From: Gemmatimonadaceae bacterium
GTDB lineage: Bacteria; Gemmatimonadota; Gemmatimonadetes; Gemmatimonadales; Gemmatimonadaceae
Length of the DNA: 64,000 nt
Assembly (NCBI GenBank): GCA_019752115.1
Contig: JAIEMN010000020.1
Location: 138,267-202,266, forward strand
Reading direction: 5' to 3'
The notes under the pieces are model-generated. The model did not search any database and was not told where the DNA came from. It saw only the letters and a program-made list of their open reading frames with translations. Shown here piece after piece: positions 60,468-64,000 of this stretch; the stretch's first letter is position 1, and each line of letters begins with the position of its first letter. Both the position numbers and the translations under genes were made by a program.

Positions 60468-61535
60468 CTACTTCTTCTCCCCCGCCAGCATCAGCTGCAC
60501 ATGCTCATTCGCCTGTTGCAGCCCTCCTTCCTTGTCCGACCAATCAATGCGCCCATCGGCGTTGACGTCGGCGCCCATGGTGATCTGCTGGCAGAGCGAG
60601 ACGAGCTGCGACATCAGCGCGGCGGCGGCCTTGGCGTCTTTCGCCTGCCGCACCTGCTGGGCGAGCGCGATCGCGGCGTCGGCGCGGGCGGCGGTGGCGC
60701 GGGCGGCGGTGGCGATGTGCGTGGCGTGCACCTTCACGTTGGGGCTCGCGTTGGGTTCCTTGGCCGCGAGTTCGATGTGGTTGGCCACGCCGAGCGCGGC
60801 GGCCTTCACGCCAAAACCCTTGCCCGGACCGGTCTTCTCGATGGCCGGATCGAGCGCGTTCAGAATGTGGCCGGCGTGCAGCTGCAGCTGGGCCAGATCA
60901 TTCGGATTGCGCATCGCCAGCGCGGCGTGCTGTGAGGCGACCGTCGCCTCCGCAAAGGCCATCACGAGCAGCCCCGACTTGTCAGGGGTGTCGATGAAGC
61001 TGGTCGTAAGATGCGAGATATGCGTGCCCACCATGCCACCGGGCAGCTGACTCGACGGCACGAAGCCGCTCACCGTGGCCGCCACGGCGCGCCCGGGGAG
61101 CGGGGCGCCGGTGAGCTTGGCCATGATGCTGTCGAAGGAATTCCGCAGCCCTTCGGTGGTGCTCACCATGAAGCGCTGCCGCCGGTACTCGGCGTCGGTC
61201 ATCCCCTTCTGCTTGAGCACCTCACCGATCAGTCGCTGCTTTTCCTTGGCCAGGTCGGCCTGGGTCTCGTCCTTCTTGTTCTTCGCCTGCGCGGCACGCG
61301 CGTCGGCCGAGTCATGGACGAGGCCGATGGCGAGCTGCGTTTCGGCCAGCTTGCGGATCTGCTCGATCGAAAGCGCCGGCTGCCCGGCCGCGCTGGCCGC
61401 CGGGGGCGCCGGGGGGGCGCCGCCGGCCGTCTGCGCCTCGAGCGAGGCGGTGGTGAAGAACAGCCCCAGCGCGAGCAGCGCGGGAACATAGGAGGGCCGC
61501 CAGGTGCGGCCATCACGAAGCGGGAGGGAGTGCAT
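60468..61535 (-). CDS. Secreted, mostly helical hypothetical protein
   Basis: Long ORF with typical codon usage and a signal peptide; no family recognised. Confidence 0.7.
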   Translation of the reverse strand: MHSLPLRDGRTWRPSYVPALLALGLFFTTASLEAQTAGGAPPAPPAASAAGQPALSIEQIRKLAETQLAIGLVHDSADARAAQAKNKKDETQADLAKEKQRLIGEVLKQKGMTDAEYRRQRFMVSTTEGLRNSFDSIMAKLTGAPLPGRAVAATVSGFVPSSQLPGGMVGTHISHLTTSFIDTPDKSGLLVMAFAEATVASQHAALAMRNPNDLAQLQLHAGHILNALDPAIEKTGPGKGFGVKAAALGVANHIELAAKEPNASPNVKVHATHIATAARATAARADAAIALAQQVRQAKDAKAAAALMSQLVSLCQQITMGADVNADGRIDWSDKEGGLQQANEHVQLMLAGEKK

Positions 61536-61758
61536 CGTGGCGCCTGAAAGGTTGGTCGGGGGCGCGTCGGGTCAGCTTCTGGTGGCGACGCGTCCCACCC
61601 CGCGAAAGTGCGTGCCAGACACGGGTCGCACCAGTCCCAAACGTGCAGCGCACGCCAAGCGTTGGGCCGCCGCGCCCGTTCACTGGCGACCGGCACGGCG
61701 GACCTGCAAACTCTTGGCATCCTGCCTCACGGCCCCACCCCGCCTTTGGGAGCGCTCC

Positions 61759-62715
61759 ATGCGTCGACTACCGCAGCACCTGCTCGCGACCACCCTGCTG
61801 GCTGGCCTCGTTTCGCTCGCGCCGGCCGCTCACGCCCAGGGCGGCGGTGCGCCCCCCGATCCACGTAACCGCGGTGGCGGCAACTGCGCCCAGAATGCGT
61901 ACAACTGCGTGGACGCCGTCAATCCGCTCCCCGCACCGAACACGGTGTGGATGGAAGAGATGACGTGGATGGATGTGCGCGACGCCATCAAGGCCGGCAA
62001 GACCACGGTCATCATCGCCACCGGCGGCATGGAGCCCAACGGCCCGTGGCTCGCCACCGGCAAGCACAACTACGTGCTGCACGCCAACTGCGAAGCCATT
62101 GGCCGCAAGCTCGGCAACGCGTTGTGCGCGCCGATCGTGAAGTTCGTGCCCGAAGGGCGTATCGATCCGCCCACGAGCCACATGGTCAGCCCGGGCACGA
62201 TCTCGATGCGCGAGGAGACGTTCCGCGCGATGCTGATGGATATCGGGATGAGCCTCAAGCAGCATGGCTTCCAGAACATCATCTACATCGGCGACAGCGG
62301 CGGCAATCAGGCCGGCCAGCGCTGGGTCGCCGACTCGCTCACGAAGATCTGGCAGGGCTCGCCGGTCATCGCACACATCCAGGAGTACTACGACTACGCC
62401 GGCGCCGCGGCGTACATGAAAGACCACGGCATCGTGGATGGGGCGTCGGACAACCTGCACGACGACGCGATCATCTCGCTCAACATGTTCATGGATGATC
62501 CGAAGAGCATCCGCTACGAGGAGCGCGTGAAGATCGGCAAGGCGTCGATCAACGGCGTGAACATTGCCGATAAGAAGAAGAACACCGAGCTCGGCAAGCA
62601 GATCATCGCCTTCCGCGCGCAGGTGGCGGTGGATGCGATCAACAAGGCGATCGCGAACAAAGGCACGCTGCCCGCGCCCGCCGGGCGTGGGCGCGGAGGG
62701 CCGGGGTCGTTCTAA
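61759..62715 (+). CDS. Secreted creatininase-family protein
   Basis: EEMTWMDVRDAI, TTVII.TGG.E, GTISM, IIYIGDSGGN; signal peptide. Confidence 0.85.
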   Translation: MRRLPQHLLATTLLAGLVSLAPAAHAQGGGAPPDPRNRGGGNCAQNAYNCVDAVNPLPAPNTVWMEEMTWMDVRDAIKAGKTTVIIATGGMEPNGPWLATGKHNYVLHANCEAIGRKLGNALCAPIVKFVPEGRIDPPTSHMVSPGTISMREETFRAMLMDIGMSLKQHGFQNIIYIGDSGGNQAGQRWVADSLTKIWQGSPVIAHIQEYYDYAGAAAYMKDHGIVDGASDNLHDDAIISLNMFMDDPKSIRYEERVKIGKASINGVNIADKKKNTELGKQIIAFRAQVAVDAINKAIANKGTLPAPAGRGRGGPGSF

Positions 62716-63284
62716 CTGCGCACACAGGGTGCATGGAGACGGACGAGGGCACAGGGGACTACGGTCTCCTGTGCCTTTCTCCTATTGCCATCCGTTCATC
62801 ACTCGGTGAATGCCGTCGGTGAGACGTTCCATGCCGAAATTTAGGAGGAGGCCCGTACGCTTGTTCGAGAGTCTGAGGTAGGTGAGCAATTGTTTGGTAT
62901 AAACCGGATGATGCAGTTCGGAGCACTTGATCTCGACTATCACCCGGTCATTCACGAGGAGGTCGACTCGGTAGCCGAGCTCCACGCGAATTCCTCGATA
63001 CTCTACAGGGAGCACCAGTTCCCGTTGCGGGTCGAGTCCCCGATCGCGCAGTGCATGGGTCAGGCACTCGGCGTACACTCGCTCGAATGCCCCTGGTCCG
63101 ATATGCCGGTGCAGCCGGATCGCCTCCTCAATGATCACGCCGGTGATGTCGGTATCTGTGAGCATGCGTGAATAGATACGCGGCGATCGTCATCACACCG
63201 TCACCACGCGGGATCAAGAAGGGCACAGAGGACTGTAGTCCCCTGTGCCCTCTTCTGTCTCCGTGCGCTCTGTGCGAGCCGTTC
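62713..63284. mobile_element. Candidate GxxExxY element: nuclease gene between 68-bp imperfect inverted arms
   Basis: 62713-62780 versus the reverse complement of 63217-63284 aligns ungapped at 55/68, including an 18/18 core. Each arm carries a 12-13-bp hairpin. Mobility is not shown. Confidence 0.55.
62782..63165 (-). CDS. GxxExxY protein (PD-(D/E)XK nuclease fold)
   Basis: GPGAFERVY (GxxExxY), YRVDLLV...VIVEIK catalytic motif, QLLTYLRL...GLLLNFG. Visibly more AT-rich than its neighbours. Confidence 0.93.
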   Translation of the reverse strand: MLTDTDITGVIIEEAIRLHRHIGPGAFERVYAECLTHALRDRGLDPQRELVLPVEYRGIRVELGYRVDLLVNDRVIVEIKCSELHHPVYTKQLLTYLRLSNKRTGLLLNFGMERLTDGIHRVMNGWQ

Positions 63285-64000
63285 AGCGCACCTTCGCCCG
63301 TTCGATCTTCATCGCCGCGCCCGTCGGTAGCGCGCCCGCGGCCCCGATGGCCGTGGCAGGGCCTTCGCGTACCGCGAGATAGACCACACCGCCGGCGCCG
63401 AAGCCGAGGATGGTGCGGCCTTCGGGGATGAGTACGCGATCGATCGCCTGCCCGTCCTTGTCGAGGATGTCGTAGACCACACCGGCGGGCTGCGGCTTCG
63501 TGGGGATCGTCTGGATCCAGATGTTGCCGTCGAGGTCCGCGCGCGCGCTATTCGCAAAGAACGGCGGCTGATAATCCGGCAGTTCGCTTGGCGACACCAC
63601 CGTGAGCTTCGGGGCCGTCATCTGCGGGGCGCGCACTGGGCCACCGCCGCCGCCCGGGCCGTCACCGGCGCGCATTTCGAAGCGCATGGTGACCGCCGGG
63701 GCCGCGCCGCCACCACCGCCCATCATGGACTGGAAGCCCTGCTGCAGCGCGTTGCCGCCGGCGGAGCCACTCGCGAACTGCTTCTCCAGGATCTTCGACA
63801 CCGAGTCAACCAGCTTCGCCTTGTCGTCGTCGGTCATGCGCTTCCAGTCGAACGCGACCTTCTGCGAGCTGCGGCGCTGACCGTCGGCGCCGACCCAGTC
63901 CACATGGAAGTCCTTGCCACGCAGGATGGCAATGTCGCCGTTCGACGTCACGACCCACTCGTCGATCACGGGTAGCGGGTTGATCTCCACCGACACGCTG
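63283..64000 (-). CDS. Hypothetical protein (beta-propeller-like with Gly-rich insert); 5' end beyond the window
   Basis: Open frame to the window edge; ADLDGNIWIQ...VYDILD...GFGAGGVVYL strands. Confidence 0.7.
   Translation of the reverse strand, partial: SVSVEINPLPVIDEWVVTSNGDIAILRGKDFHVDWVGADGQRRSSQKVAFDWKRMTDDDKAKLVDSVSKILEKQFASGSAGGNALQQGFQSMMGGGGGAAPAVTMRFEMRAGDGPGGGGGPVRAPQMTAPKLTVVSPSELPDYQPPFFANSARADLDGNIWIQTIPTKPQPAGVVYDILDKDGQAIDRVLIPEGRTILGFGAGGVVYLAVREGPATAIGAAGALPTGAAMKIERAKVR

Noticed and set aside
62713-63284. Integron attC sites/cassette (AAC...GTT ends, stop codon inside TAAC)
   Set aside because: The flanking 7-mers do not fit RYYYAAC/GTTRRRY well. The two arms are inverted rather than direct, the elements sit beside housekeeping genes rather than in an array, and no IntI is in the window. 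The resemblance is noted only.
62713-63284. Classical IS with DDE or HUH transposase
   Set aside because: The 127-aa ORF has no DDE or HUH/Y motif. The 4-bp GTTC duplication is too short to count as proof of a TSD.

Overview
High-GC bacterial chromosomal window with about 48 genes. The gene content (many signal-peptide-bearing hydrolases, a DUF1592-DUF1552-ankyrin cluster, GGRGG-rich secreted proteins) suggests Gemmatimonadota; this assignment is inference only. It is mostly core and metabolic: a sigma-54 activator, SNF2 helicase, Tex, ABC-F, argG, panE, hemJ, a bciA-like reductase, amidases and an ABC importer. I see no rRNA, tRNA, CRISPR array, integrase or classical transposase. The most unusual signal is intergenic. 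About ten long (60-180 bp) imperfect palindromes of several unrelated sequence families all lie 3' of at least one gene, and many are bounded by 5'-(G/A)AACNG...CNGTT(C/T)-3'. One family occurs in two forms: an empty ~98-bp palindrome (16205-16304), and a 572-bp unit (62713-63284) in which 68-bp inverted arms, each with its own hairpin, enclose a GxxExxY PD-(D/E)XK nuclease gene. This is a candidate REP/REPIN-like system with a GxxExxY nuclease in place of a RAYT transposase. Other points of interest are a four-domain multicopper oxidase with permuted copper ligands, an SBP-permease fusion, two sensors ending in the same uncharacterised Cys/His output domain, and repeated TANNNT-N6-ATG (leaderless-type) starts. 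All alignments and identities were counted by hand.
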